Part shown: one piece after another, positions 8,796 through 19,141 of the stretch | Numbering within the stretch: position 1 is the stretch's first letter | Layout of the letters: every line of letters starts with the position of its first letter | Assembly: GCA_043809245.1 (NCBI GenBank) | Contig: JAZDDZ010000051.1 | Location: 1 to 34,863, forward strand | Source of the DNA: Candidatus Iainarchaeum sp. | GTDB taxonomy: Archaea; Iainarchaeota; Iainarchaeia; Iainarchaeales; JAZDDZ01 | Reading direction: 5' to 3' | DNA length: 34,863 nt | Notes under the pieces: model-generated | The model's database searches: none | What the model was told of the DNA's origin: nothing | Seen by the model: only the letters and a program-made list of their open reading frames with translations | Position numbers and translations under genes: made by a program

Positions 8796-9008
8796 AATAT
8801 CCAACTCCTAATTTGCGGTGTTCATAAACTTTTTAATTCAGGGTAATAATCTTCAATGAATAGCCAGTTGTTCCATTTGCTTTCTGCGTCTAATATGGGA
8901 TAAATGTCTTTTATTTTGTGAATTATAAATATTTCTGGGCAATTGGGTAATAATGTTTCTCTTTTACAGGTGTAAAATACTTCCAAATACTATATTTACT
9001 TCATTTTT

Positions 9009-10463
9009 TTAACTCTCTGCAGTTACCTCTTCTTCTTTTTTCCTTTCATCCACGAGGTAGCCCCTTGTTCTTCTGCCCAAGTCAATGAAGTTCATCAAGC
9101 CCATCTGCGAGGTCTTGATTGTAAGCAAAGCGTACTCTATTTGCAGAAGGAAATTGAACAATCTGTTCGGAGGCAGCTTGATTAGCTGTTTCACCAATGG
9201 CTTGAGGAAAGGAAAATTCACTGTAATGGAGACAAAGCGCTGCAGGTTGAGAATCCTGTCCTTGCCCTTCAATTTTATGGGCGTCGGGGAAAGGATATAG
9301 GAGTCGCCGAATTCATCCAGTGAAAAGTCTTTGTCCAGATAACCATTCTCGATTGCGTAATTCGCTAACCAAGTTTTTGGGTAAATTTTGAGCACAGAGC
9401 ACCATGCAAAATCAGCCTTGATTTTTATGTTTAAGTCAATGGTTTTCCATGCCGCTTCAAGCGTTTCCCCAGGCATGCACATCATGTTAAAGGTCTTTAG
9501 CATCATCTTGTTTTTCTTAATCAGCGCTGCGCCCCGGATTATGGATTCTTCCTTGAGGTTTTTCTTCAGCACTTCATTCCTGACAAACTCGTCGCCTGAT
9601 TCTATTCCCACTGCAACATCAGAGCAGCCCGCTTCCCTTAGCTTTTTGGCAATCTCTTCCGTAACCAAATCAGCGCGCGCCAGGCAGCTGAAAGGCAGAT
9701 TAACTTCTTTTTTGTACAATTCAATGAATTCGTCGAACCATTTTTTGTTCATTATGAATAAATCGTCGTGAATCATTAAGCGCTCCAAGCCATAGGCATC
9801 GCGCGCGGCTTTTATTTCCTCAATTGCTTTCATCGGGCTCACAAACCTGACATATTTTCCCCTGCCCTCGTAAATTCGCTTGTAGTCCTGGTTGAAGCAA
9901 AAAGTGCACTGATAGGGGCAGCCGCGGGAAAACAAAAAATCCTTTTTCGGCTGCTTTTTCAGGAAATCGTACTTGTAGTAAAGGTCGCGGTCGGGAAAAG
10001 GAAGCAGGTCCAAATCCTCCACTAACTTTCGCAAGGGGTTGCGGAAAACCTTTTTTCCCTTTTTCACCCAAATGTTCTTTATCTTTGAAGCGTCTTTTCC
10101 TTTCTCCAATGCATCCAATAATTCGCGGATTGCATACTCTCCTTCTCCGACACACACAAAGTCAATGAATTTTTCTTCAATTATTTCCGGGTAATAGGTT
10201 GCATGCGGCCCGCCGAACAAAACCTTAACTTTTGGCGCCTTTTCCTTTATCTCCCTCGCTTTCGCGAAATCCCAGTGGTGCGCTCCGCTCGCGCCGGAAA
10301 ACGCAACCACATCGGGCTTTGCGTTCAATGCCGATTCAACAATGTTTTTTTCCGCGCTGTCAATGAACAAGCCGGTTTCATGCCCCGCTGCCTTTAACAC
10401 AGCTGAGATTGTCATTACCCCGACTTTCGTGAAGGGGTCTGATTGCAGGAAAACAAGCTTCAT
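9009..10463 (-). CDS. B12-binding radical SAM protein (class B)
   Basis: N-terminal GGPHAT/VGEGE cobalamin-domain motifs; SRGCPYQCTFC; GIESG. Confidence 0.92.
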   Translation of the reverse strand: MKLVFLQSDPFTKVGVMTISAVLKAAGHETGLFIDSAEKNIVESALNAKPDVVAFSGASGAHHWDFAKAREIKEKAPKVKVLFGGPHATYYPEIIEEKFIDFVCVGEGEYAIRELLDALEKGKDASKIKNIWVKKGKKVFRNPLRKLVEDLDLLPFPDRDLYYKYDFLKKQPKKDFLFSRGCPYQCTFCFNQDYKRIYEGRGKYVRFVSPMKAIEEIKAARDAYGLERLMIHDDLFIMNKKWFDEFIELYKKEVNLPFSCLARADLVTEEIAKKLREAGCSDVAVGIESGDEFVRNEVLKKNLKEESIIRGAALIKKNKMMLKTFNMMCMPGETLEAAWKTIDLNIKIKADFAWCSVLKIYPKTWLANYAIENGYLDKDFSLDEFGDSYILSPTPIKLKGKDRILNLQRFVSITVNFPFLKPLVKQLIKLPPNRLFNFLLQIEYALLTIKTSQMGLMNFIDLGRRTRGYLVDERKKEEEVTAES

Positions 10464-10524
10464 CTGGTTCGAAAATATTCCTTTCTCTTAACGATTAAAA
10501 ACCATTCCCTTCCCTATTTTTTGC

Positions 10525-11220
10525 ATGCCTTCAATGGTTTCAGTTGTTGTTCCAACATTTAACGAGGCAAAAAACCTTCCGGTGCTTGTTGAAAGAATCA
10601 GCGCGGCGTTAAAGGGAAAAAAGTTTGAAATAATCGTTGTAGACGACAATTCCCCTGATGGAACAGGCGCAGTGGCTGACAGGCTCGCGAAAAAATTTCC
10701 AGTCATTGCAGTGCACAGAAAACAAAAAGTGGATTTAAGCAGCGCGGTGATTGAAGGCTTCTCTAGCGCGAAAGGCGATGTGATTGGCGTGATGGACGCT
10801 GACTTAAGCCATCCCCCTGAGGTCATTGCAAAGCTGCTGGCGCCAATTGAATCAGGTCAAACGGATTTCGTTGTCGCCTCGCGCCTGGTGAAGGGCGGGG
10901 GCGCGGAGGAATGGCCTTTCCACCGCAAATTGATTTCCTTTTTCGCTTCGCTGCTTGCCTTGCCTTTGACTTCGGTGCGCGACCCCATGAGTGGCTTTTT
11001 CTTTTTCAACAAAAAAATTTTGGAAGGCGTTGAATTGAAGCCATGCGGCTACAAGATTTGTTTGGAGCTGCTTGTGAAAACGCGGCACAAAAAAGTTGTT
11101 GAAGTGCCCTACATTTTCCTCAACCGCTCTTTCGGTGAAAGCAAACTGACCGCAAAAGAGCACGTGAATTACCTTAAGCATGTCCTAAGGCTTTATGCAT
11201 TCAAACTGGGGTTGAAGTGA
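10525..11220 (+). CDS. Polyprenol/dolichol-phosphate mannose synthase-like GT2
   Basis: VVVPTFNE, VDDNSPDGT, MDADLSHPP, DPMSGFF, R..GESKL. Confidence 0.9.
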   Translation: MPSMVSVVVPTFNEAKNLPVLVERISAALKGKKFEIIVVDDNSPDGTGAVADRLAKKFPVIAVHRKQKVDLSSAVIEGFSSAKGDVIGVMDADLSHPPEVIAKLLAPIESGQTDFVVASRLVKGGGAEEWPFHRKLISFFASLLALPLTSVRDPMSGFFFFNKKILEGVELKPCGYKICLELLVKTRHKKVVEVPYIFLNRSFGESKLTAKEHVNYLKHVLRLYAFKLGLK

Positions 11221-11936
11221 TGGCAAAATTTTCCGAATCAATCTCTTTGGTTATTCCCGCGTACAATGAGGAGAAAAGGATTTACTCGGTTCTGAAGAAT
11301 TACGTTTCATTTCTTGAAAAAGAGTTTTCCGATTACGAGTTGATTGTCGCGTGCAACAATTGCTCAGATGAAACGCCTGAAATCGTGAAATCTTTTGCTG
11401 AGAAAAACAAAAAAGTTAAGGCGCTTAACTTTCCTTTTTTCACTGGAAAAGGCGGCGCGGTAAAAAAAGGCTTTGAGGTTGCCTCAAAGGAATTGATTGG
11501 CTTTGTTGACGCGGATGAATCCACTTCACCGAAAGAATTCAGGAAAATAGTTTCCGCTTTGCTGGAAAAGAATGCGGGTGCAGCAATTGGCTCGCGCGCA
11601 TTGCCTGAATCTGTTTTATCGCAAAGGCAGCCTTTTTTCCGCCAGTTTGTGGGAAAATCCTTTGGCGCAATCGTTAACCTCTTGTTTGGTTTGGGTGTCA
11701 GGGACACACAGTGCGGTGCAAAGCTTTTCAGGAAAAAAGCATTGAAACAAATTTTGCCCCAGTTAAAGCTGGACGGCTGGGAGTTTGACGTGGAAATTTT
11801 ATGGCGCCTGAAAAAATCAGGCTTTTCCATTGCAGAGGTGCCGATTGAGTGGCGCAACGACCCCAACTCCAAAATTAAGCCCTGGAGCGCCTTGGAGATG
11901 TTTTTAGGGCTTTTGAGGCTAAGGTTTTTCGGCTAG
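11220..11936 (+). CDS. Dolichyl-phosphate beta-glucosyltransferase-like GT2
   Basis: IPAYNEE, GKGGAV, FVDAD, DTQCGAKLF, FDVEIL, EVPIEW. Confidence 0.88.
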   Translation: MAKFSESISLVIPAYNEEKRIYSVLKNYVSFLEKEFSDYELIVACNNCSDETPEIVKSFAEKNKKVKALNFPFFTGKGGAVKKGFEVASKELIGFVDADESTSPKEFRKIVSALLEKNAGAAIGSRALPESVLSQRQPFFRQFVGKSFGAIVNLLFGLGVRDTQCGAKLFRKKALKQILPQLKLDGWEFDVEILWRLKKSGFSIAEVPIEWRNDPNSKIKPWSALEMFLGLLRLRFFG

Positions 11937-11945
11937 GCGAGTTTT

Positions 11946-12653
11946 ATGGCAATGGGTTCTGAAAGCTATCAGTGGTGGAGCAAGGCAAAGCTATGCTTGG
12001 TTAAAGGGCTTTTTGAAAAAGAAGCCGCGCCGATGAAAAAAAAGCTGAGTGTTTTGGACTGTGGCTGTGCGCGCGGAAAATTCCTTGAAATGCTTTCATC
12101 GAACGCTTTTGTAGCTGACGTGAAGGGAATTGAGTGCTCCGTTGAAGACATTGCCTCAGCTGCTCCTGCAGTGAAAAGCAAAATAGTAGAGGGCGATGCA
12201 TCCGACCTTTCTTTTCTCAAGGATTCTTTTGACTTTGTTTTCTGCCTTGATTTTTTGGAGCACGTGGACGATGAGAAAGCAGTGAAAAGCATCAGCGCAA
12301 GGCTGGAAAAAGGAGGCAAATTGATTGCAACTGTTCCCGCTTATCAATCGCTTTTTTCCTCCCATGACCGGGAGGTTTCGCATTTGCGCCGCTATTCAGC
12401 GAAACAGTTAAGGCGCCTGCTGGAAGGAAACGGCTTTCGCGTAAAGCGCATCGGCTACTGGAACTTCTTCTTATTCCCGCTTCTCGCATTGTTCAGGCTC
12501 AAGGACAAGAACGCAAAGGGCTTGAGGCACGCGCCAGCTTTTTTGAATACCTTGCTTTCGGCAATACTCAAGGTTGAGAATTTTTTCGTGCTCTCTGGGA
12601 TAAATTTTCCTTGGGGCTTGACGGTTTACTGCATTGCGGAAAAAAGAAAATAG
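11946..12653 (+). CDS. Class I SAM-dependent methyltransferase
   Basis: VLDCGCARG motif I, LDFLEHV, TVPA...S.HD....H.RRYS pattern common in glycan-cluster methyltransferases. Confidence 0.88.
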   Translation: MAMGSESYQWWSKAKLCLVKGLFEKEAAPMKKKLSVLDCGCARGKFLEMLSSNAFVADVKGIECSVEDIASAAPAVKSKIVEGDASDLSFLKDSFDFVFCLDFLEHVDDEKAVKSISARLEKGGKLIATVPAYQSLFSSHDREVSHLRRYSAKQLRRLLEGNGFRVKRIGYWNFFLFPLLALFRLKDKNAKGLRHAPAFLNTLLSAILKVENFFVLSGINFPWGLTVYCIAEKRK

Positions 12654-12657
12654 AGAA

Positions 12658-13281
12658 TTATTTTTTTCTGATTTTTTTGTAAGCAAAAAAAAGTAAAGCA
12701 AAAATTGCCACAGGTAAAACAATAAAAAATATTGGCGGTAAAATTAAATTTAAGAGCGGGTCAAGGCCAAAAATGTCCTGGTAAATGGAACAGCCTTTCG
12801 GGCGAATTAGGGCGCAGTAAGAAGTGACTGGGCAGTCTTTAAGGTTAGCGTAAATAGTCCATTCTCCATATCTGCTTAAATTGTCAATCCTTTCGCAATC
12901 GCATGCGTCTGAATTTTTTCTTTCCGCCTCTTTTTGGAAAGCCAAATATTCTGGTTCAGACTGCTTTACAATGTTAATGCCGCCGAATAAATAGAGCCCT
13001 TTGTTTAACCGGTTTATAACCTCCCTGAAGGTTTTCTGCTCCGCCTCGTTGAGTGTTAAGCCTTCGCAGTTCCCCTTACGCATTTCTGCTTTATTTTTGA
13101 TGAAATCTTGCATGTCGGTGCCAAGAGGGATATCCTCGTTATATGAATAAAAATAGCAATTGCTTAGTTCAGCGGTTTTAATTTCAAATCGGGGGCTGGA
13201 ATCAACGCTGCAAGCATAAACTTGCAGGATAAATAAACAAAATGCGGCTAAGGTTAATCCAATTAAAGCAACCCTTCTCAT
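12658..13281 (-). CDS. Hypothetical Cys-rich secreted protein with C-terminal membrane anchor
   Basis: Signal peptide ending VYA-C, 8 Cys in the mature region, C-terminal hydrophobic helix followed by KKIRKK. Confidence 0.7.
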   Translation of the reverse strand: MRRVALIGLTLAAFCLFILQVYACSVDSSPRFEIKTAELSNCYFYSYNEDIPLGTDMQDFIKNKAEMRKGNCEGLTLNEAEQKTFREVINRLNKGLYLFGGINIVKQSEPEYLAFQKEAERKNSDACDCERIDNLSRYGEWTIYANLKDCPVTSYCALIRPKGCSIYQDIFGLDPLLNLILPPIFFIVLPVAIFALLFFAYKKIRKK

Positions 13282-13371
13282 TAGCTGAATATAGGCGTTA
13301 AGTGGTTTATTATATTTTCGGCAGCCACATTTTTTAATAAGTCATTGGAACCCTCATTTATAGCAGGTGGA

Positions 13372-14754
13372 ATGCAGTTGAAATTTTTGTTCATTTATCC
13401 GCGGCTCAGCTATCCTTCCGGCGATTTTCCTTTGGGAATCGCCTATCTTTCCGCTGTCGCAAAAAAAGCAGGGGCGCAGTCCTCTGTCATTGACACAACC
13501 TTTAATCCTTCATGGGAATTCATTGAAAAAAAAATAGCGGAAGAAAAAGCAGATGTAGCCGGCTTGTATGCAATGACTTCAATGGCAGCTGACGCGTTAA
13601 AGGCTGCAAGGCTTGCAAAGGCAAACGGAGCAACTGTTTTGCTTGGCGGTCCCCATGCAACGATTTTGCCGAAGGAAACCCTTGAAGCCGAAAAATCCCT
13701 TGACGCGGTGATTGTAGGCGAAGGCGAGCCGGTGGTTGAAGCGCTTGTGAAAAGCAAGGGAAAGCTTTCAAAGGGGATACCTAACCTTGTATGGCGCGAC
13801 GGCAAAGGCAAAATAATTGAAAACAAGGCCGGAATCGTGGTTGAAAACCTTGACGTGCTTCCTTTTCCGGACTGGGATTCATTTGACATCGGAAAGTATG
13901 TTTCAAACTGGTTTCAACTGGATGCAATCAACCCATTCATTAAAGGCCTGAACGTTATCGCTTCAAGGGGCTGCCCTTACAATTGCACTTACTGCCAGCC
14001 GACCCTGAGAAAAATTTTTGGGGCAAAAATAAGGCAGCGCAGCCCTCAAAGCGTTGTCGCGGAACTCACAGAATTAAAAAAACGCTTTGGCATTCGCGGA
14101 TTCAATTTTGCTGATGACACCTTCATTTTCAACAAGAAATGGGTGGAGGAATTCTGCGATTTGCTTATTGAGAAAAACCTCGGCTTTTTATGGGGCTGTA
14201 ATGTGAGGGCAAACCTTATCACAGAAAAAGACCGCGGGCTTTTGAAAAAAATGTTTGACTCGGGCTTAAGGCAGGTTTTCATGGGCCTTGAGTCAGGCTC
14301 GCAGAGGATTCTTGACGAAATTTATAGGAAAGGCATTACGCTTGAACAGGTAAAGACAGCGGTAAAGCTCTGCAACGAGTACAACTTGAAAACGCGCGGC
14401 TACTTTATCATTGGCGCTCCCACGGAAACACTTGAGGAAATTGAGCAGACAATTTCTTTCGCGAAAAGCCTTGACATAGAGGAAGCCACTTTCTCCTTGC
14501 TTAATCCTTTGCCCGGAACTTTCATTGAGGAAATGTCCAAGGAAAAAGGCTGGCTGATTGAAGAGGACTGGGCGTGCATTGACTATTACAAGAAATCGCC
14601 TTACAAGAGCGGCACGCTTCCCGAAAAAGAATTAAAGCGCTTGCAGAGAAAAGCGCTTTTCTCCTTTTACCTCAGCCCTAAACGCTGGGGTTATCTGCTC
14701 AAATCCTTCCTTTCCCCGCAGAAAATGCTGTTCAAGCTGAAGAGAGTCCTCTAA
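13372..14754 (+). CDS. B12-binding radical SAM protein (class B)
   Basis: PLGIAYL, GGPHAT, VGEGE, SRGCPYNCTYC, FADDTF, GLESGS; GGTGG RBS before MQLK. Confidence 0.92.
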   Translation: MQLKFLFIYPRLSYPSGDFPLGIAYLSAVAKKAGAQSSVIDTTFNPSWEFIEKKIAEEKADVAGLYAMTSMAADALKAARLAKANGATVLLGGPHATILPKETLEAEKSLDAVIVGEGEPVVEALVKSKGKLSKGIPNLVWRDGKGKIIENKAGIVVENLDVLPFPDWDSFDIGKYVSNWFQLDAINPFIKGLNVIASRGCPYNCTYCQPTLRKIFGAKIRQRSPQSVVAELTELKKRFGIRGFNFADDTFIFNKKWVEEFCDLLIEKNLGFLWGCNVRANLITEKDRGLLKKMFDSGLRQVFMGLESGSQRILDEIYRKGITLEQVKTAVKLCNEYNLKTRGYFIIGAPTETLEEIEQTISFAKSLDIEEATFSLLNPLPGTFIEEMSKEKGWLIEEDWACIDYYKKSPYKSGTLPEKELKRLQRKALFSFYLSPKRWGYLLKSFLSPQKMLFKLKRVL

Positions 14755-14794
14755 CAGAAAAAATTAATAAAACACCCCACGGATAATCTATTTG

Positions 14795-15781
14795 ATGCGT
14801 TTCCCTGTTTCAAAGCTTTTGCCTTTAATCGGCCTGGCGTTGTTCGCGCTCATTCTGCTGAACATCGGCGTGGAGCTTGTGTTCAACGCGCTGCTTAAAG
14901 CCGATCCATTGCTTTTAGGCCTGGCTATTTTAGTCACTTTTTTTTCAATTTTTTTGAAGGCATTCAAATGGCAGATGATTGCAAAGGCAGCGGAATTCAG
15001 GATTTCATCCGGCAAAGCTTTCCGTTACTGGCTTGTCGGCTTCTTTTACAGCGCGGTAACACCCGGAAGAATAGGGGATTTTGTCCGCGCTTTTCTCGCG
15101 AGAAACGAGGCTGGTTCGCTTGCAAAGTCTTTTTTCTCTGTTCTGGCGGACAGGCTTATTGACGTTGCAATTCTCTTGCTGCTTTCAATTGCTTCCGCTG
15201 CGCTCATAGCGCAGTTATTCGGAGTGCAGGTAATTTCGATTGCAGCGCTTGCGGCTTTTGCGCTTGCGCTAATTCTTGCTTTCTATTTTTTCAAAAAAGA
15301 GGAAAGGGCTAAAAAAATACTCAAGCCTTTTTTTTCAATCCTTGTGCCGCAGAAATTCAGGGGATTGCTCCGTGACGCATTCAGTGAAACCTACAAGGAG
15401 CTTGCGATTGCAAAAAAAAGAAAGCCATTGCTTGCGGTTGCCTCCTTAACAGGCTTGATCTCAATGATTGTCTCCTTCCTTGCGTTTTACCTTATCGCGC
15501 TTTCCCTCGGAATTTCAATTGACCCCTTGTTTTTCTTCCTCTGCATGCCATTGGTGATGATAGTTGACCTGCTTCCAGTTTCATTCTCCGGCATCGGAAC
15601 AAGAGATCTTCTCCTCATATATCTTTTCTCGCTTCAGGCAATCAGCGCAAACCAGGCAGTGGCATTTTCATTCCTTTACCTTGCATTCGGCTACATTTTA
15701 ATCGCTTTCGTGGGCTTCCTTTTCTCGTTAAAGGAAAAAATTGACCTGAACATCGGCATTGGCGGTGAAAACAATGGATGA
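14795..15781 (+). CDS. Lysylphosphatidylglycerol-synthase TM / flippase-like membrane protein
   Basis: Multi-TM; TPGRIGDFVR, ADRLID, LPVSFSGIGTRD motifs. Confidence 0.85.
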   Translation: MRFPVSKLLPLIGLALFALILLNIGVELVFNALLKADPLLLGLAILVTFFSIFLKAFKWQMIAKAAEFRISSGKAFRYWLVGFFYSAVTPGRIGDFVRAFLARNEAGSLAKSFFSVLADRLIDVAILLLLSIASAALIAQLFGVQVISIAALAAFALALILAFYFFKKEERAKKILKPFFSILVPQKFRGLLRDAFSETYKELAIAKKRKPLLAVASLTGLISMIVSFLAFYLIALSLGISIDPLFFFLCMPLVMIVDLLPVSFSGIGTRDLLLIYLFSLQAISANQAVAFSFLYLAFGYILIAFVGFLFSLKEKIDLNIGIGGENNG

Positions 15782-17438
15782 AAAGAAAATGCGCCTTGGG
15801 GAAGCCGCGTGGAGCCTCCTGCTGTTCTTCCTGATTTTTGCAGCTGCCTCAATTCTTCTCTCGCATTGGATTGGCTTTTTATGGCTGAACAGCGCATTCA
15901 TTGCAGTTGTTTCACTTGTAGCCGCTTTTTTCCTTGCGAAAAAATTCCCGGCCAAGGAAAAAATTCCTTTGGTTATTTTGCTTCTCGCGCTGTTGGTTTT
16001 CGCGCTTGAAATCTATCCCTCTGCAATTCTTCACCCCGGCTACCAGGCATCCAATGACGCTGCGCAGACAATCACCTTGCGTGTTTTAGGGCAGGGCGAA
16101 ACAATTCCAGAAACCTATGCGCCTTATTCTAACCTCAAGCTAACCTACCAAATTGGCTTTCACTTGTTTGTGAAAATCTTTGCCGACTTCCTGCCGTTCG
16201 TGAAAGATTATCTCCTGCTTGCCTTTTTCGGCGCTTTGTTCGGCGCAATCCAGCTAATTCTCCTCTATGTTTTCGCGAAAAACTTCTTCAAGTCCGAGCG
16301 CATCGGCTTCTGGGCTGCAATCCTTTTTCTCGGCGCAAAAATTGTTTTCCAGAACATGTATTACGGAATGTTTCCCTGGATGATTGCAACCGCTTTCTTC
16401 CTTGCGGCAGCCATAATGCTTGAAAGGAAAAGCCCGCTTTTCTTCCTTTTCCTGCCGATGATTTTCCTGCTGCACCAGGGCGTTGCATTCTATTCAATCA
16501 TCTTCTTTGCATTGTACGCGTTTTTTGAAAAAGTGCCACTGAAAACAATCGCTTTGGCTTTGCTCTCGCTTTTGCTTGCACTGCCTTCGTTCATTTTAAG
16601 CTATTTGCCAATTTTTTCAAACTTTTTGGCTGGAGGAATCTCAAAAGCGACTTCGGAAGCACAGGGTTTTTCATCAGTTTTGCAGCTGCCTTTGCTTGTC
16701 GGCGTTGTTCCGTCGTTTTTTGTTCTCGCATCAATTATTTTCTTTTTCTCACGCAAAGATAGGCGACCTGAGAAGCTCTTTTTTGCTATGGTGCTTGCAA
16801 TAATTTCTTCGCTTATTTTCCTTGCAGTGAACTCTTTCAACGTCATTTTTGCCTCGAAGCTCTTGGAACTCACAGTGATTTCCGCCTTGCTGCTGGGTGC
16901 ATTGGGTGCCGCGGCAATTGAAGAGAATTTTTTGAATGGAAAACCGTTTCCTTCAAAGGCATTTAAAGCAGTGGCGATTGCGGCCTGCCTTTTCTTCTTT
17001 TTTTCAATTCCCCAACTATTAGTTGGCAAAACAGGTTTTCTGGATTACCTTCGCGACGGTTCCAAGATAACTGCCGATGAAGCGCACGTCGCATTTGAAC
17101 TGGAAAGCATTGCGCCGGAGCTTTCAACCGCTGCATTCTTTTCCGACGGAGCAGCCAAAATGGCAGAGCTCTCAAATAAAATTCCTTTTGATGTGAAGGC
17201 ACCGATTTACATTCCTTACACTGATTTTCAGGCGGTTCACGACTCTGCCTTTGACGAAATAAACCAAAATCATGAAGAATTCCGGCAAATCATTGATTCG
17301 GGCTGTGTTTCCTGCATTAACGCTTTAAACGTGGAGTTCGTGGTGATAAACACGGATTATTTCAACCACAAGCTTGATTCTGAGCCATTGTTCTCTTTTA
17401 AGAATTTTTTCGTATACAGGTTAAATGAACCGCAATGA
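15774..17438 (+). CDS. Polytopic membrane protein, probable GT-C fold glycosyltransferase
   Basis: Many TM segments, first-loop Asp (SND), YQIGFH, soluble C-terminal domain. Confidence 0.6.
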   Translation: MDEKKMRLGEAAWSLLLFFLIFAAASILLSHWIGFLWLNSAFIAVVSLVAAFFLAKKFPAKEKIPLVILLLALLVFALEIYPSAILHPGYQASNDAAQTITLRVLGQGETIPETYAPYSNLKLTYQIGFHLFVKIFADFLPFVKDYLLLAFFGALFGAIQLILLYVFAKNFFKSERIGFWAAILFLGAKIVFQNMYYGMFPWMIATAFFLAAAIMLERKSPLFFLFLPMIFLLHQGVAFYSIIFFALYAFFEKVPLKTIALALLSLLLALPSFILSYLPIFSNFLAGGISKATSEAQGFSSVLQLPLLVGVVPSFFVLASIIFFFSRKDRRPEKLFFAMVLAIISSLIFLAVNSFNVIFASKLLELTVISALLLGALGAAAIEENFLNGKPFPSKAFKAVAIAACLFFFFSIPQLLVGKTGFLDYLRDGSKITADEAHVAFELESIAPELSTAAFFSDGAAKMAELSNKIPFDVKAPIYIPYTDFQAVHDSAFDEINQNHEEFRQIIDSGCVSCINALNVEFVVINTDYFNHKLDSEPLFSFKNFFVYRLNEPQ

Positions 17439-19141
17439 ACAGGCTGCAGTTAACCGCATTGCTTTTGGCGTTGCTTGTTTTAGGCGAAGCCCTGCTTTTC
17501 CTATTCAATCCCTTTTCCTCCGTGCAGCAATTCAACGGAATTGACGCAGCCTCAATCGCCTTCCTTTCAGCCGCAAAGCTGTTGTTCGCCGTGATAATTT
17601 CGGCAGTAATTGCGTTGCTGTTCAGCAATTCCCTTGACCCGTTTTTCCAAAAAATTTCTTCAAAAAAATTTCTTTACGCGTTCATCGCAATTTACATCAT
17701 TGTTTTCTCATTGCTTTCATTCTATGACTTCTTCTCCTATAACGCCGCCCCCCCTGACCTTTACACTTTTGAAAACATTGTGTGGAACACCTTGAATGGC
17801 AGAATACTTTTCCTTGACTGGCATGGAATGAATTTCTTGGGCATCCACTCCTCTTTCATTTTGCTGCTGCTGGTGCCTTTTTACGCCCTCTACCAAAGCC
17901 CGCTGACTCTCCTTTTCATCCAAACAGTTCTCCTCGCGCTCGGTGCAATTCCCCTCTATCTCATTGCAAAAAAATTCCTTAACGAAAAAAGCGCAATAGT
18001 TTTCTCCCTTGCATATCTGCTTTACCCCGCGCTACAATTTATCAATCTGCGCGAATTCCACGAATCTGCTTTCGCTGTTCCGCTGCTTTTGTGCGTTTTC
18101 TATTTCCTTTTCGAGGAAAACTGGCCCGCATTCTGGCTTTCATTCGCCTTAACCCTGCTGGTGAAGGAAACCGCGCCGCTTGCCTTGCTTTTCTTGGGCT
18201 TTTACATTTTCCTAAAAAAGGACAGAATTATCGGGGCACTTGCTTCCGCTGCTTCCCTCATTTACTTTGCCGCAGTAATTTTCTTCGTTATTCCCTTTTT
18301 CCGCGGTGCGGAATACGCTTTCATTGCATCAACGCAGTCAAGCTATTACTCGCACCTGGGCTCAACGCTCGGCGGAGTGATATCAACTGTTGTTTCAAAC
18401 CCCTTTTACGTTTTGTCCTACATGTTCCTTTCTTTCCAGAAAATCGGCTATCTCTTGCTGCTTTTCGCGCCAGCGGCTTTCCTTTCCTTGTTTGACCTTC
18501 CCCTGCTTCTTGTCGGAATCCCGGTTTTTGCGCAAAACCTTTTAGCCAGTGACCCGCGAATTGCAACGCTTTTCTTCCAGTACAACGACTATCTGATTGC
18601 CGTTATTTTTGTGTCCGCAATCCTCGGCTTAAGAAACCTTTTGAACTTAAAGCAGACTTTTTTCTTCAAGAACAAATTCACCGCGAATATTTCTGAAAGA
18701 ATCAACCGCGGATTATCTGCTTTTAATCTCGCGCCGGCTTTTTTTCTTTCATTCCTTTTCCTGATGGCAATTTTTTCCAACGTTTTTTTCAGCCCCTCTC
18801 CGCTCGGCCTGCTTGACCCCGCGCGCACGCAAACGCAGTTCAGCTTTGAAAAATATGCTGTCACGGAGCACACTGCAATCCTTGACCGCGCAGTGGCAAT
18901 GATTCCCGACGGCGCTTCTGTTTCAGCTGATTCGCTTCTGACATCGCACCTTGCAAAGCGCAGTGAAATGGAGTATTTTCCCGGAATAATTGATTCAGCG
19001 GAATTTGTTTTCGTTGACCAAACCATTCCTGCACATGCCTCTGCAAACGAAGCAGCATTCGTTGTTGAAGAGCTGAAAAAAAGCCCGCTTTACAAGGTGC
19101 TGGTGGATGAAGACGGCGTGGTGCTGCTGGAGAGAAAATAG
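17435..19141 (+). CDS. DUF2079-family membrane protein (GT-C-like)
   Basis: DL..F.N..WN, LGIH.S, EFHE, LVKE, FQY, IPDGASVSA motifs. Confidence 0.8.
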   Translation: MNRLQLTALLLALLVLGEALLFLFNPFSSVQQFNGIDAASIAFLSAAKLLFAVIISAVIALLFSNSLDPFFQKISSKKFLYAFIAIYIIVFSLLSFYDFFSYNAAPPDLYTFENIVWNTLNGRILFLDWHGMNFLGIHSSFILLLLVPFYALYQSPLTLLFIQTVLLALGAIPLYLIAKKFLNEKSAIVFSLAYLLYPALQFINLREFHESAFAVPLLLCVFYFLFEENWPAFWLSFALTLLVKETAPLALLFLGFYIFLKKDRIIGALASAASLIYFAAVIFFVIPFFRGAEYAFIASTQSSYYSHLGSTLGGVISTVVSNPFYVLSYMFLSFQKIGYLLLLFAPAAFLSLFDLPLLLVGIPVFAQNLLASDPRIATLFFQYNDYLIAVIFVSAILGLRNLLNLKQTFFFKNKFTANISERINRGLSAFNLAPAFFLSFLFLMAIFSNVFFSPSPLGLLDPARTQTQFSFEKYAVTEHTAILDRAVAMIPDGASVSADSLLTSHLAKRSEMEYFPGIIDSAEFVFVDQTIPAHASANEAAFVVEELKKSPLYKVLVDEDGVVLLERK

